This document shows, in pieces, positions 19,334-29,402 of a DNA stretch of 64,000 nt. The DNA is from Anaerolineae bacterium. Its GTDB lineage: Bacteria; Chloroflexota; Anaerolineae; UBA1429. A program made the position numbers and the translations under genes. Below the pieces are notes generated by a model that was not told the DNA's origin, ran no database searches, and was given only the letters and a program-made list of their open reading frames with translations. The stretch covers positions 64,001 through 128,000 of the forward strand of contig OY776562.1 of the NCBI GenBank assembly GCA_963675785.1, given 5' to 3'. Position 1 is the first letter of the stretch. Each line of letters begins with the position of its first letter.

Positions 19334-20254
19334 CTACTGTTGATCGATAAGTTTTATGGTGACAATATCCCCTTGCTCGCAGTGCCCGTCACTATCAAAA
19401 GTAACCTGCATGGGGAACCCTTCATAATAGACTCGTTCATCGGTGTCAAAATCTGTGACCACGATAAGACCACTCCAGTGTTGCATCATGTCATCGACGA
19501 AAAAGGGTGTGTCCCAATATTGAAATGGCCTGCAAATACGCCCCAAACCTTCCATACCGATCCCGTCGGATGCTGTGTCGCTGGGCTTTTTCACTGTGAC
19601 CACGTAAGCATCACTGGGCGTATAACCATCTTCAAAAGTGAGCTTGATGACAAAGGTGGCATCGGGAAAGGTAAGGGATACGACGCCGTCAGGGTATTTA
19701 TCCGTGATATCCACGTCAATCTGCCCTTTTTCGGCATAGTAGGGCAATTCCCAACTCATGTCCTCATCATCATTGGGTATAAATTGAACCAGGGTCTCCT
19801 CATTTAGAGGATTGCGCAAGTAGATGTCCTCTTGCGTGGTAACGACGAGTTGCAGGCTATTATCTTGGCTTTTCTCGATCTGATAGGCCAAGTTATCATT
19901 GTATCGCAGATCTATGGTAACTGCGCCATTCTCATCTGTTTCAAGTGGTGTACAACCTTGCTTGGCTGCGCCTGGCTCTGTGGGCAGGGTCCCTGGCTGA
20001 ATCAAAAAAACGAGATACGAGTCATCTTTATCTTCTGGATTGGTGAGGTTTGTCTGGATGGTCAATGTCGTATAGCCGAGTTCCTCGTTCACCTCGGCAT
20101 CATCATCTACTGCGTCGCTAATGGTTGTGGCTGTGGAAGAGACTGTCGCGTTCGTATTGCTTTGTGGCGTGATCGTAGGGTTTTGTTCTTTGGGAGAACA
20201 GCCCGCCAATAATAATGAAGTGATGAGCATAAATGTGAACAGGCTTTTTTTCAT
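19334..20254 (-). CDS. Acidic lipoprotein of unknown function
   Basis: Signal peptide with lipobox LAGC, T/S-rich linker. Confidence 0.75.
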   Translation of the reverse strand: MKKSLFTFMLITSLLLAGCSPKEQNPTITPQSNTNATVSSTATTISDAVDDDAEVNEELGYTTLTIQTNLTNPEDKDDSYLVFLIQPGTLPTEPGAAKQGCTPLETDENGAVTIDLRYNDNLAYQIEKSQDNSLQLVVTTQEDIYLRNPLNEETLVQFIPNDDEDMSWELPYYAEKGQIDVDITDKYPDGVVSLTFPDATFVIKLTFEDGYTPSDAYVVTVKKPSDTASDGIGMEGLGRICRPFQYWDTPFFVDDMMQHWSGLIVVTDFDTDERVYYEGFPMQVTFDSDGHCEQGDIVTIKLIDQQ

Positions 20255-20415
20255 GCGTCTTTCTCATGGCTTATTGCGGGGAATTGAGCCCCAGGTCGGA
20301 TAACCTTAACAATCTAGCATAGCCTTAACATTCCTTCAATAGTAATGGACATACAAAAGGTTTCATATAGAATCCAAACACTGCGATGATGGAACAACCA
20401 AGGAGGACGTGAAGA

Positions 20416-21303
20416 ATGACGCCAAGACTACAGCAGTGTGCCCAGCGCTTGTTCGACCTCTATTTACGAGACGCGCCCCGAGCGGCAGTGATTCATGATG
20501 CGGCCTTTGGCGAGTTAGCTCAGGCGATAGGACTTTTGGGACCGTTTGAATCGTTCCTGATTAACGATAGTGCTCAGACCGAAACAGCCGTCCAGTATAG
20601 TTTGGATGAAGCTTTTCCCACGCTCGTGTTGGTCGAGCCGAACAGCTATGTGAAGATGACCCTTTACAAGTGGTTGGATTTCAGCTTGGGCGCCCCACAT
20701 ATCGCCAACCTGAATGCGCCTTCCGCCATTTGTGTCTTTCCTCTTGAGAGCACCTATCGCATTTTCTCCTCGGATGCCGAGGCCGATGCTCGTGCCAAAG
20801 GGCAACTCTTGAGCGACCTTGAGGCAAACAGCGCTTATTCGGTGACCACCGAGAATGGCACATCTTTGCGTTTTATCTCGCGCCATTGGATCGACGATGG
20901 CTATGAGGTACTCACTGCACCCATCGAAAGCTCGGTCGAGGGCGTAATTGCGGTAGATGGTGCTCTCTTTTTCCAAAGGATCGATAGCACTCTTGAGTTC
21001 ATCATTGAGGCAGGTAAAATCGTCGACATCAAGCCGCGTGATGGGCGGGGGCATGAACTGGTAGAGCAGTACAAGCGGATGACAGCTTCTGATTTTCGAG
21101 ACCCCGTGAACATACAGTTAGCTGAGGTGGGCATTGGTTGCAACACTGGGGCCATCATCAGCGATTGTTTTATGGAAGCCGAGATGGTCTATGGCACCTG
21201 TCATTTCTGCTTTGGTAATAACGCTTGTTATGGGGGTGATAATCCCAGTGATTTTCATGGCGCTTCTGTGCTGATCAAATCTCCCGTTTTTACGCGCCTC
21301 TAA
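20416..21303 (+). CDS. M29 (aminopeptidase T)-like metalloenzyme, short
   Basis: LAEVGIGCN...E.E...GTCHFCFGNN..YGG.N.S.FH; AAGGAGG RBS. Confidence 0.6.
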   Translation: MTPRLQQCAQRLFDLYLRDAPRAAVIHDAAFGELAQAIGLLGPFESFLINDSAQTETAVQYSLDEAFPTLVLVEPNSYVKMTLYKWLDFSLGAPHIANLNAPSAICVFPLESTYRIFSSDAEADARAKGQLLSDLEANSAYSVTTENGTSLRFISRHWIDDGYEVLTAPIESSVEGVIAVDGALFFQRIDSTLEFIIEAGKIVDIKPRDGRGHELVEQYKRMTASDFRDPVNIQLAEVGIGCNTGAIISDCFMEAEMVYGTCHFCFGNNACYGGDNPSDFHGASVLIKSPVFTRL

Positions 21304-21319
21304 AAAGGAGTCTATTTCC

Positions 21320-21955
21320 GTGTTGAATGAACAGGGCTTTGATTTGTGGGCCGATGGTTTTGATGTGAGCGTTCAGTCAAGTGAAGAAGCCAATGCCTAT
21401 CCCTTTGCTGGTTATAAGGATGTGTTGAACGCCGTCTATCGGACTGTGCATACCAAAGGGGTGGCTCGCGTCTTGGATATTGGCTTTGGCACGGGTGTCT
21501 TGACCCAAAGGCTGTATGATGAGAGCTATGAGATCTATGGCGTCGATTTCTCTAGTCGCATGATTGAAATTGCCCAGGCCAAGATGCCTTGTGCCCATTT
21601 GTATCAGTATGATTTTTCTGAAGGGCTGCCGCCAGCACTGGATGGTTTGCAGTTTGATTTCATTATCAGCACCTATGCGTTGCACCATCTGAGTGATCCT
21701 CAAAAGGTTACTTTTCTAGAGTTATTGCGAGATCATTTAGCGAAGGATGGCCGCATTCTCATTGGCGATGTGGCCTTTGAAAGCCGGAACCTTTTGGAAG
21801 CCTGTCAGCGTCAAGCAGGGGAAGGCTGGGACTCGGACGAGATATATATCGTCCATGATGAACTAGCGAGCTACTATCCGGATGGAGACCTGTGTTTTCA
21901 GGCCTTTTCCCACTGTGCAGGCGTTATCGAATTGGGTCCCCGTGTAACGAGATGA
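21320..21955 (+). CDS. Class I SAM-dependent methyltransferase
   Basis: VLDIGFGTG, GVDFS..M, STYALHHL. Confidence 0.9.
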   Translation: MLNEQGFDLWADGFDVSVQSSEEANAYPFAGYKDVLNAVYRTVHTKGVARVLDIGFGTGVLTQRLYDESYEIYGVDFSSRMIEIAQAKMPCAHLYQYDFSEGLPPALDGLQFDFIISTYALHHLSDPQKVTFLELLRDHLAKDGRILIGDVAFESRNLLEACQRQAGEGWDSDEIYIVHDELASYYPDGDLCFQAFSHCAGVIELGPRVTR

Positions 21956-21956
21956 G

Positions 21957-22547
21957 GTGATGATGCGAGTCCCTACGATTGAACAAGCCGAGGCTCTGCT
22001 TGTCAAAGCACAAGAGCTGAACCTGGGCGTTTGGGTTGACCATAGCAGAGTAGCAGGAAATTGCGCACGCGCTATAGCGAATGCTTGTCCGGATCTCGAT
22101 CCAGATTCATCTTATGTGATGGCTCTCTTGCATGATATCGGCCGTCGCTTTGGCGTAACCGATATGCGCCACATTATCGATGGTTATCAATTTTTGCAGG
22201 AACTTGGTTTTACGGATGCTGCTCGCATTTGCTTAACCCACTCTTTTTCTTATCAGGACATTGCAGCATACAGTGGTAAGAACGATTGTACACCTGAAGA
22301 AACGGCTTTCATTATCGATTATCTGGCAACCTGCCAGTACGATGACTATGACCGACTCGTACAGCTCTGTGATGTGCTGGCTTATCCTACGGGGTCGGTG
22401 TACATCGAAAAGCGCCTGGTGGATGTTGTCCTACGCCACGGTTTCAACGATCTTACTCTCGAAAAGTGGAAGGCGTTCCTTGCCCTAAAAGGCTATTTTG
22501 ATGAGATGGCAGACACAGATATTTATCGCCTTGTGGGGGTGTGCTGA
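21957..22547 (+). CDS. HD-domain phosphohydrolase
   Basis: HS..(x)..LLHDIGRR, H, CLTHSF, LCD. Confidence 0.88.
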   Translation: MMMRVPTIEQAEALLVKAQELNLGVWVDHSRVAGNCARAIANACPDLDPDSSYVMALLHDIGRRFGVTDMRHIIDGYQFLQELGFTDAARICLTHSFSYQDIAAYSGKNDCTPEETAFIIDYLATCQYDDYDRLVQLCDVLAYPTGSVYIEKRLVDVVLRHGFNDLTLEKWKAFLALKGYFDEMADTDIYRLVGVC

Positions 22548-22655
22548 TACTTGAGCGGTCTCTCATAGACGCGATGCCAGATCGACCTCGGAATACCATA
22601 TGTAGATCTCGCAGCAATCTTGCCCTTCCGCTTAAAGATTCGGCTTTTTGCCTAC

Positions 22656-22722
22656 TTGACAGGGTATTCGTTTTCTGACAAAATATGAACGAACGTTCAT
22701 TAACTAACTAACTAACTAACTA
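22656..22722 (+). promoter_or_regulatory. Promoter, palindromic operator and (TAAC)5 run upstream of tetR
   Basis: TTGACA at 22656; ATGAACGAACGTTCAT at 22685-22700; TAAC repeats at 22701-22722. Confidence 0.7.
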
Positions 22723-22740
22723 TCTTGGTGAGGAGAATGA

Positions 22741-23382
22741 ATGGATAAAAAAGCTGTTTTCGAAACGCTGATCGAAGAGGCGACATCAACTAAAGAGCGA
22801 CTTTTCTACAGCGCAGTGTATCTCTTTTCTATCAAGGGCTATGCCAATGTGGGGATTCGAGCGCTGTGCAGTTCGCTGAATATGCAGCAAAGCGCTTTTT
22901 ACAATCATTACAGCAGCAAGGAGGAACTCTTTGAGGCGATTCTTGCTCGCTTTGCAGAATTGAGCAGCCAAGTCGTTTTTACAGAGCAAGAAATCGATGA
23001 TGTGGTGTGTTCGGGAGATGTAGCCTTGTTTTTCATCGAAAACATGAAAAAGTTCAGCGCCAGTACCGGCAGTCCACTTTATCACACACTGCTTCAAATC
23101 GTGCTGATGGAGAGTTACACCAATCCCATCGCCCACGAGATTGCCCGGCACAATCTCTACTACCTTCGCAAGGGTTATACCGAACAGGTTCTGTCCAGAA
23201 TGATGGAGGCCGGGGATATCAAGCCCTGCAATGTCGAGGTGGTTGCTGCCGAGTATTACTATGCGCTCATTGGGTTTTTCGATGAATATCTCTTGAATGA
23301 GGTTTGGGGCGAGAGCACCGATGTCATCGACAAGCGAATTGAGGAGCACATTCGTTTCTTTGTAGAGCTTTTGAAAAAGTAG
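22741..23382 (+). CDS. TetR/AcrR regulator
   Basis: LFSIKGY...IR.L......SAFYNHY.SKEEL. Confidence 0.88.
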   Translation: MDKKAVFETLIEEATSTKERLFYSAVYLFSIKGYANVGIRALCSSLNMQQSAFYNHYSSKEELFEAILARFAELSSQVVFTEQEIDDVVCSGDVALFFIENMKKFSASTGSPLYHTLLQIVLMESYTNPIAHEIARHNLYYLRKGYTEQVLSRMMEAGDIKPCNVEVVAAEYYYALIGFFDEYLLNEVWGESTDVIDKRIEEHIRFFVELLKK

Positions 23383-23401
23383 TGGCAGCAGGAGTTTCAG
23401 A

Positions 23402-24046
23402 ATGAGCACAGTGATTTATGGAAAAGCTTGATCTGGACGAAAAGTATGTCTTTGCCGTTTGCACCTATGGTGATAGCCCTTGTATCGCGCTAGAAGAGCT
23501 AGAGCAGCTTGTCGAATCTTGCGAGAGCAAGCTTTCGGCAGGTTTTGCCGTCAGAATGCCCTACAATTAGGTTAATCCTTCCAGAATACACCGCTTTTTA
23601 GTTCGTTCGCATTGCGCAATGTGCCCGAGGTCTCTTGTCAGGAGATGTTTGTGGCTTGGCACGAAACATTGCCGACTATTGCCAAGCTGGTTCAGGCTCG
23701 TGGACTCGGCGAGGTAATCATTGAGCATTGAGGGACCGAGCTCTCTTACGTGGAGAGCATCCAATTGATGGATCATGGCTTTAGCAGCAATAGTACTTGT
23801 ATCGGCTGTGGCACTTGTCAAAGGGTGTGCCCGGTGGGGAATATCGAGATAGTGGGTAGTCAGCCTGTATGGCAGCATCGTTGCGAGAAATGCTTTGCCT
23901 GCTTGCAGTGGTGTCCCCAAGAGGCCGTTCAGTTTGGCACGGCTACGGTGGGCCAAAAGCGTTATCATCACCCAAAGGTTCGTTTATCCGAGACGATGAG
24001 CGACCATGGGGAGGGTAGGAAATTAACCAAGGAGAATTTTGAATGA
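23402..24046 (+). pseudogene. Degraded EFR1-type flavodoxin-ferredoxin
   Basis: MSTVIY, YVFAVCTYG, AGFAVRMPYN-stop fragments, then CIGCGTCQRVCP / CEKCFACLQWCP..RYHHP. Confidence 0.75.
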
Positions 24047-24408
24047 GCAAGGTAATTGGGGCAGGCGTGTTATTTCTGTTGACGGGAGGGCTGGGCATTT
24101 GCTTGAGTAGTTCGGGCAAGCCTTACGGCACATTGATTTTCACAATCCACAAGCTCGTGGGGCTGGCGGCTGTGATATTCGCTGTCATCGTGGTTCGCAA
24201 TTTACTGCAGGGAGCTGGTATCGAAGGAACGGCCATGACGCTGATCATTGTCACGGGCGCTTCCATCCTGGCTCTGTTTGTGACCGGCGGTTTATTGGGG
24301 GCCGAGAAGGAGCCTTACATGTTGCTAAGGGTGGTGCACATTGTGGCAACGTGTCTGGCACTCCCTTCTGTGGGGGCGCTTTTCTATCTGCTGGGATTCA
24401 AGAAATAG
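24043..24408 (+). CDS. Small four-helix membrane protein
   Basis: Four hydrophobic segments with intramembrane His (IHKL, VHIV); AAGGAG RBS. Confidence 0.7.
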   Translation: MSKVIGAGVLFLLTGGLGICLSSSGKPYGTLIFTIHKLVGLAAVIFAVIVVRNLLQGAGIEGTAMTLIIVTGASILALFVTGGLLGAEKEPYMLLRVVHIVATCLALPSVGALFYLLGFKK

Positions 24409-24567
24409 ATGGTATCGATCTGGTCGTTTTCTGTCTGGCACTGTGTTTAGGCACATAGTAAAATGCTATATGAGTTTGATTGGGAGGTGGCAATTGCAAA
24501 TGCCACCTCTTATTCTAGATAAGCACAATATACAACGAATGCCAGTGATTATTTTCGAGGGCAGAGT

Positions 24568-24987
24568 ATGAGCCAGGTATTTCAGCGTTGCGGCGCGAGT
24601 GTGATTGTCTACAAAGGCGACCAGGTGTTGTTGCAACAACGCAAGGATAATCGCTGCTGGGCCTACCATGGTGGATGCGTCGAGTTGGGCGAGAATGTCG
24701 AGCAAGCGGCTAGGCGAGAACTGTTTGAGGAGACTGGGCTTGTTGCTGAGGAGCTCGATTTTTTCGGTATTTATTCGGGTCCCGAACAGCATCACATCTA
24801 TCCCGATGGTAACGAGGTCTATTTTATCGATATTATCTATACTTGCACAGCCTTTACGGGTGAACTTTGTGCTCAATTAGCGGAATTACTCGATCTGAGG
24901 TGGTTTGCGTACGACGCCATTCCAAATGAGATCAGCCCGCCGATCAAAAGTGCGCTGCTGGATTTCATTCAGCAGCATTATGGCTGA
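24568..24987 (+). CDS. Nudix hydrolase
   Basis: GGCVELGENVEQAARRELFEETGL Nudix box. Confidence 0.92.
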   Translation: MSQVFQRCGASVIVYKGDQVLLQQRKDNRCWAYHGGCVELGENVEQAARRELFEETGLVAEELDFFGIYSGPEQHHIYPDGNEVYFIDIIYTCTAFTGELCAQLAELLDLRWFAYDAIPNEISPPIKSALLDFIQQHYG

Positions 24988-25014
24988 TGATCTTTCCTTG
25001 ATAGGAGGTCGCTG

Positions 25015-25578
25015 GTGCATCTCGTACTCATTCGCCATGGGGAACCCGACTATAGCGAGGTCAACGAAAGGCATTATCCTGGTTTTGGCAAGGATTTAGC
25101 CAAATTAACGCCTCAAGGCCTTGAACAGGCTGAGGCTGTCTCTCACAATGCCAGATTGCAGGGAGCACAGCTTATCGTTTCTTCGCCCTATACGCGTGCT
25201 CTACAAACAGCAGCCATCATCTCTAGAAACACCGGGTTGCCCATTCAAGTAGAGACCGATCTGCACGAGTGGATGCCAGATCTGACTTTTCAGTATGATA
25301 GCTGGGATTATGTAATGCGAGCTGTCGAGGAGTGTACCAAGTATCGAGGGCGCCGTGATGATAGCTGTTTATACCAGTGGGAGGACCTAGCCCATGTCGC
25401 CGAACGTGCCTATCGCTGCCTGGCAAACTATGCCCATTATGAAAAGCTCGTTATAGTGGCCCATGGTATGTTGATGCGTCAGTTCAAATTCGTGCCCGAG
25501 ATACCTTATTGCGGAATTCTAGAGCTAGAGTGGACGCCCGAAATGCCCTGGCCCGGGTTCATTGAGCGGCAGGATTAG
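25015..25578 (+). CDS. Histidine phosphatase (PGAM-like)
   Basis: RHG, SSPYTRALQTA, AHG. Confidence 0.9.
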   Translation: MHLVLIRHGEPDYSEVNERHYPGFGKDLAKLTPQGLEQAEAVSHNARLQGAQLIVSSPYTRALQTAAIISRNTGLPIQVETDLHEWMPDLTFQYDSWDYVMRAVEECTKYRGRRDDSCLYQWEDLAHVAERAYRCLANYAHYEKLVIVAHGMLMRQFKFVPEIPYCGILELEWTPEMPWPGFIERQD

Positions 25579-25601
25579 CTGGATTTAAGCAACGCTGGTA
25601 G

Positions 25602-26069
25602 GTGAAGACGATGATTACTTTTGGTAATACGATTACGGTTGAAGATTATTGCACGCTGCGCAAATCGGCCGGATGGCGCAAAATCGAGGATCGTCAAGCC
25701 CAAACGGGTCTGAATAATTCAGCCTATATCACTGTGGCCAGTGATGGTATCAAGACAGTGGGAATGGCCCGTGTGGTCAGTGATGGCGGCTATATCGCCC
25801 TCATCGCTGATGTGATTGTGTTGCCCGAATATCAAAATCGGGGCATTGGTCGGGCCCTCATGCACAATGTTGTGCGCTACATTGAGGATACGCTTTCGGA
25901 AGGACAGTGTGTTATGGTCAACCTGATGGCGGCCAAAGGCAAAGAGGGCTTTTACGAGAAATTCGGTTTTGTAGTGCGTCCCAACGATTCGGTAGGGGCC
26001 GGTATGCACCGCTGGGTCGAGGGACACGCCAACAGCCTACTTGATCAACGACACACTGGAACTGACTAG
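25602..26069 (+). CDS. GNAT acetyltransferase
   Basis: DVIVLPEYQNRGIG, FYEKFGF. Confidence 0.9.
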   Translation: MKTMITFGNTITVEDYCTLRKSAGWRKIEDRQAQTGLNNSAYITVASDGIKTVGMARVVSDGGYIALIADVIVLPEYQNRGIGRALMHNVVRYIEDTLSEGQCVMVNLMAAKGKEGFYEKFGFVVRPNDSVGAGMHRWVEGHANSLLDQRHTGTD

Positions 26070-26130
26070 ACTAAGGTTCAGTCCATTGGTGAGTGGGTTT
26101 AGTATCCTGGCTTGTAAAGGAAGGCAATCA

Positions 26131-26439
26131 ATGGACGAACTCTACCTCCTCGCACAGGGTTATAATTGCCGTTTTCCTCAAGGCGTTAATCCCTTTCAGA
26201 TGGTTACGCGGTTGCTTGAAGAGTGTGGCGAAGTGGCCAGCGAGGTCAATCATTGGGAAGGTAGTGGCGTCAAGAGGCAAAAACATGGCGAACCCTCGAA
26301 AGCACAATTAGCGAATGAGATTAGACAGGCTCTAGCTGCGCTAGCATCCATTGCTGCCTATTATTCAGTCGAAGAGGAGCTGCAAGTCTCCATTGATGAT
26401 TCTCTCTCTCGTATGAGGGCCGAGGGTCTCATTGATTGA
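26131..26439 (+). CDS. MazG-like nucleotide pyrophosphohydrolase
   Basis: RLLEECGEVA...LANEI. Confidence 0.7.
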   Translation: MDELYLLAQGYNCRFPQGVNPFQMVTRLLEECGEVASEVNHWEGSGVKRQKHGEPSKAQLANEIRQALAALASIAAYYSVEEELQVSIDDSLSRMRAEGLID

Positions 26440-26460
26440 ATGGTTTGATGAGGAACCCAT

Positions 26461-27201
26461 ATGAATGACGACATCTTGTACATCGAGGAACGTTCCTTAA
26501 ATGCCCACCCCGCTATAGAAACGCAGTTCTACGATGGCTGGGTGCTGCGCTTTGCTGGCGGTTACACCAAGCGGGCGAATTCCGTGAATCCCTTGTATGT
26601 GGGTGCTCTCCCTCTGGACGAAAAGATTGCCTTTTGCGAGGGGGTATACACACGGCAGGGCCTGCCCACGGTGTTCAAACTGACGCCCGCTTCGTCCGAG
26701 GGGTTGGACGAACTTTTGGCACGTAACGGCTATGAGGTGGTTGCTCCTACGAACGTCATGACACGCCCTTTGGCTGAGACGGATGCGGTCGATACTTTGG
26801 TGACTGTTGAGGATGAGATCGATGCGCGCTGGCAGCGCAGTTTTTTCGCCTTGAACGGGGTTACGGATAACGTCAAAATGGCCACAGCTTCTGCTATGAT
26901 GAGACATATTTTGCAGAATGTGCTCTGTGCCCGCATTGAGAAGGAGGGATGGATCGTCGCCTGTGGATTATGCGTGGTGGAACGTGGCTATGCCGGCCTC
27001 TATGATATTGTCGTAGATCCCCTCTGCCGCAAGCAGGGATATGGCTATCGGCTCTGCAGTGCTCTGTTAGGTTCGGCGTACAAACTGGGGGCACACAGCG
27101 CATATTTGCAAGTGGTTGCTGAAAACGCTCCAGCCATGGCTTTGTATGCAAAGTTGGGCTTTGTGTATCTGTATCAGTACTGGTACAGGGTCAAGAGCTG
27201 A
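26461..27201 (+). CDS. GNAT acetyltransferase (two-lobed)
   Basis: GW.LRFA.GYTKRANS, RKQGYG, YLQV...N..A..LY.KLGF. Confidence 0.88.
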   Translation: MNDDILYIEERSLNAHPAIETQFYDGWVLRFAGGYTKRANSVNPLYVGALPLDEKIAFCEGVYTRQGLPTVFKLTPASSEGLDELLARNGYEVVAPTNVMTRPLAETDAVDTLVTVEDEIDARWQRSFFALNGVTDNVKMATASAMMRHILQNVLCARIEKEGWIVACGLCVVERGYAGLYDIVVDPLCRKQGYGYRLCSALLGSAYKLGAHSAYLQVVAENAPAMALYAKLGFVYLYQYWYRVKS

Positions 27202-27231
27202 GAAAAGTACAAGACTTTGGGGGAGGAGGCA

Positions 27232-27692
27232 ATGATTTCATTTGTTCGTTGTGATAGTCACAATGAAGATTTCCTCGAATTGGTGCGCTGCCTAGATGCC
27301 AACCTTTTTGCACGGAACGGCGCCATCCAAAACGAATATGCGTCGCATAACGTCATCGAGTTCATCGAGACTGTGATCATTGCCAAGGAGGATGATCTGG
27401 CGGTGGTTGCGGCTGCTTTCGCCTCTATGATGAAACTATTGTCGAGATCAAGCGTATGTTCGTGCGTTCTGAATATAGGGGGCAGGGCGTAGCCAAGCGC
27501 ATCCTTGGCGAACTCGAGACCTGGGCGCAGGAGTTGAACTATACGGCCGCTGTGCTGGAGACGGGCCACTGGCAGATCGAGGCACTGAGCCTGTATCCGC
27601 GTTGTGGCTATGAACGCATCTCCAATTACGGTCCCTATATTGCTTTCGATACAAGCATCTGCTTTCGCAAAGGGATTACATCGGCTGGCTAA
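27232..27692 (+). pseudogene. GNAT acetyltransferase with a single frameshift near 27405
   Basis: Restoring one G gives AVGCGCFR...VEIKRMFV..YRGQGVA..LETG. Confidence 0.8.
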
Positions 27693-27714
27693 TACTCGCG
27701 ATTGAAGGGGAATC

Positions 27715-28401
27715 ATGATGAACAAGGCCTTGTTTTGGGATTTCGATGGCACGCTTACCTACAGCAAATCATTGTGGAGTAATGCAGTACTCAAAGCCTT
27801 GCAGAGCAGCATGGATGATTGCCCCTTTGTTTTAGATGATATTCGCCCCCATCTGCGTCACATTTACCCCTGGCACATGCCAGACGCCGACCTGCATCAC
27901 CTCATTGACGATGGTTGGTGGGACTTTATGTTCGCAGGGTTTGCCGGAATCTATCGTCATCTGGGCGTACAAGAGGCCCAGGCTGACGTCATCAGTTACA
28001 AAGTCAAAGACTATGTGTTGAGTGCGGCGAATTACACCCTGTATGATGATGCTATCCCCACGCTAGGGCGCTGTATCGCCCTTGGCTACAAGAACTATAT
28101 CGTATCCAACAATTACCCCGAATTGCCGCTGATTGTCGAGCAGCTTGGCTTGGCACCCTTTTTTAGCGATTATATCATCTCGGCCCTGATCGGCTATGAC
28201 AAACCCCGTCGCGAAGTATTCGAACATGCTATGGATTTAGCGGGACATCCTCAGTGTTGCTTTATGATTGGCGACAATCCTGTGGCTGATATCGAAGGCG
28301 CCAATCGTGTGGGCATTCCCTCGGTGTTGGTGCATCGAGATGTCCCCTCGACAGCTATGTATACCTTTGATACCCTCAACGAGATATCGAGTATTCTATA
28401 G
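27715..28401 (+). CDS. HAD-family hydrolase
   Basis: WDFDGTL, SN, KP, IGDN..ADI.GA. Confidence 0.9.
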   Translation: MMNKALFWDFDGTLTYSKSLWSNAVLKALQSSMDDCPFVLDDIRPHLRHIYPWHMPDADLHHLIDDGWWDFMFAGFAGIYRHLGVQEAQADVISYKVKDYVLSAANYTLYDDAIPTLGRCIALGYKNYIVSNNYPELPLIVEQLGLAPFFSDYIISALIGYDKPRREVFEHAMDLAGHPQCCFMIGDNPVADIEGANRVGIPSVLVHRDVPSTAMYTFDTLNEISSIL

Positions 28402-28473
28402 GGCCTGCATTGACGAACTCGGATATGAGGACGTGATATCCCGTTCTAAAAGTAAGTCTTCCATCTTGGTCGT

Positions 28474-28507
28474 GGAGCATATTCTGATACAATATGCTCC
28501 TCTTTTT
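28474..28507 (+). terminator. Probable intrinsic terminator
   Basis: GGAGCATATT-loop-AATATGCTCC followed by TCTTTTT. Confidence 0.6.
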
Positions 28508-28529
28508 GCTCCCTTCGGAGGATACTCGG

Positions 28530-29402
28530 ATGTTCACATATGACGAGCTTTTGACGAGATTTGCCTCGTGGACCGAGAGGACTCATGACGTGATAGCTGT
28601 TTTTATCATAGGCTCTCGTGCCAGAGATAAATCCCCGGCCGATGCCTTTTCAGATCTCGATCTCGTGTTAGTGGTCACGGATCCAGAACATTTCTTGTCG
28701 TCGGACGAGTGGATCGAAAATCTAAGCCCCTATTGGATGCAGTTCACTGAACGTACCTTTGGTGGTGGTCAAGAGCGCCGAGTGCTGTTTGAGGGGGCTC
28801 TTGACGTTGACTTTTGCCTATTTTCAGAGGCTCAATTTCGGCGTCTTGCAACTGAAAGAGAGGCGCACAAGATATTCTCCAGAGGATATCGGGTCATGCT
28901 CGATCAGGCTGGATTAGCTGGTCTGCTTCCCAATTGTAGTTTTGAGCATTCACAATCTCTTCCTCCACTAGAGGGCGAATTCTTGAACCGCGTTAATGAT
29001 TTTTGGTTCCATACTGTGTGGGTTGCGAAAAAGCTGCAGCGAGGCGAGTTGTGGACCGCTAAATCATGTTTGGATTGCTATATGAAGCAACATTTACTAT
29101 GGATCACCGAGTGTCACGCTCACATCATCAATGGCTGGGGTTATGACACTTGGCACGACGGCCGTTTTTTAGACGTATGGGCATTGCGAGAAGTAAAGGG
29201 GGCAATCCCCTGTACTTTTGCACGCTATGATCTCGTTGATATGGAACGTGCTCTGCGAGCCACGATGGATTTGTTCCATTCGCTGGCTGTAAAAGTCGCT
29301 GAGGATATGCAGTTCGAATATCCAGCAGAAAAAGAACAGCAGGTTATCAAGTGGGTCGATCAAGCATTAGCGAATCTATCCCCTTCTGATGCTGCATTAT
29401 GA
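28530..29402 (+). CDS. Aminoglycoside 6-adenylyltransferase-like (AadK/AadE family) nucleotidyltransferase
   Basis: IGSRAR...D.FSDLD, VDF, NDFW....VAKKL.RGELW.A, W..GRFL. Confidence 0.78.
   Translation: MFTYDELLTRFASWTERTHDVIAVFIIGSRARDKSPADAFSDLDLVLVVTDPEHFLSSDEWIENLSPYWMQFTERTFGGGQERRVLFEGALDVDFCLFSEAQFRRLATEREAHKIFSRGYRVMLDQAGLAGLLPNCSFEHSQSLPPLEGEFLNRVNDFWFHTVWVAKKLQRGELWTAKSCLDCYMKQHLLWITECHAHIINGWGYDTWHDGRFLDVWALREVKGAIPCTFARYDLVDMERALRATMDLFHSLAVKVAEDMQFEYPAEKEQQVIKWVDQALANLSPSDAAL

Noticed and set aside
26064-26103. Similarity to 7032-7090 (ACTAGACTA.GGTT..CAG...GGTGAGT)
   Set aside because: Short gapped match seen only twice, and GGTGAG is SD-like; probably chance
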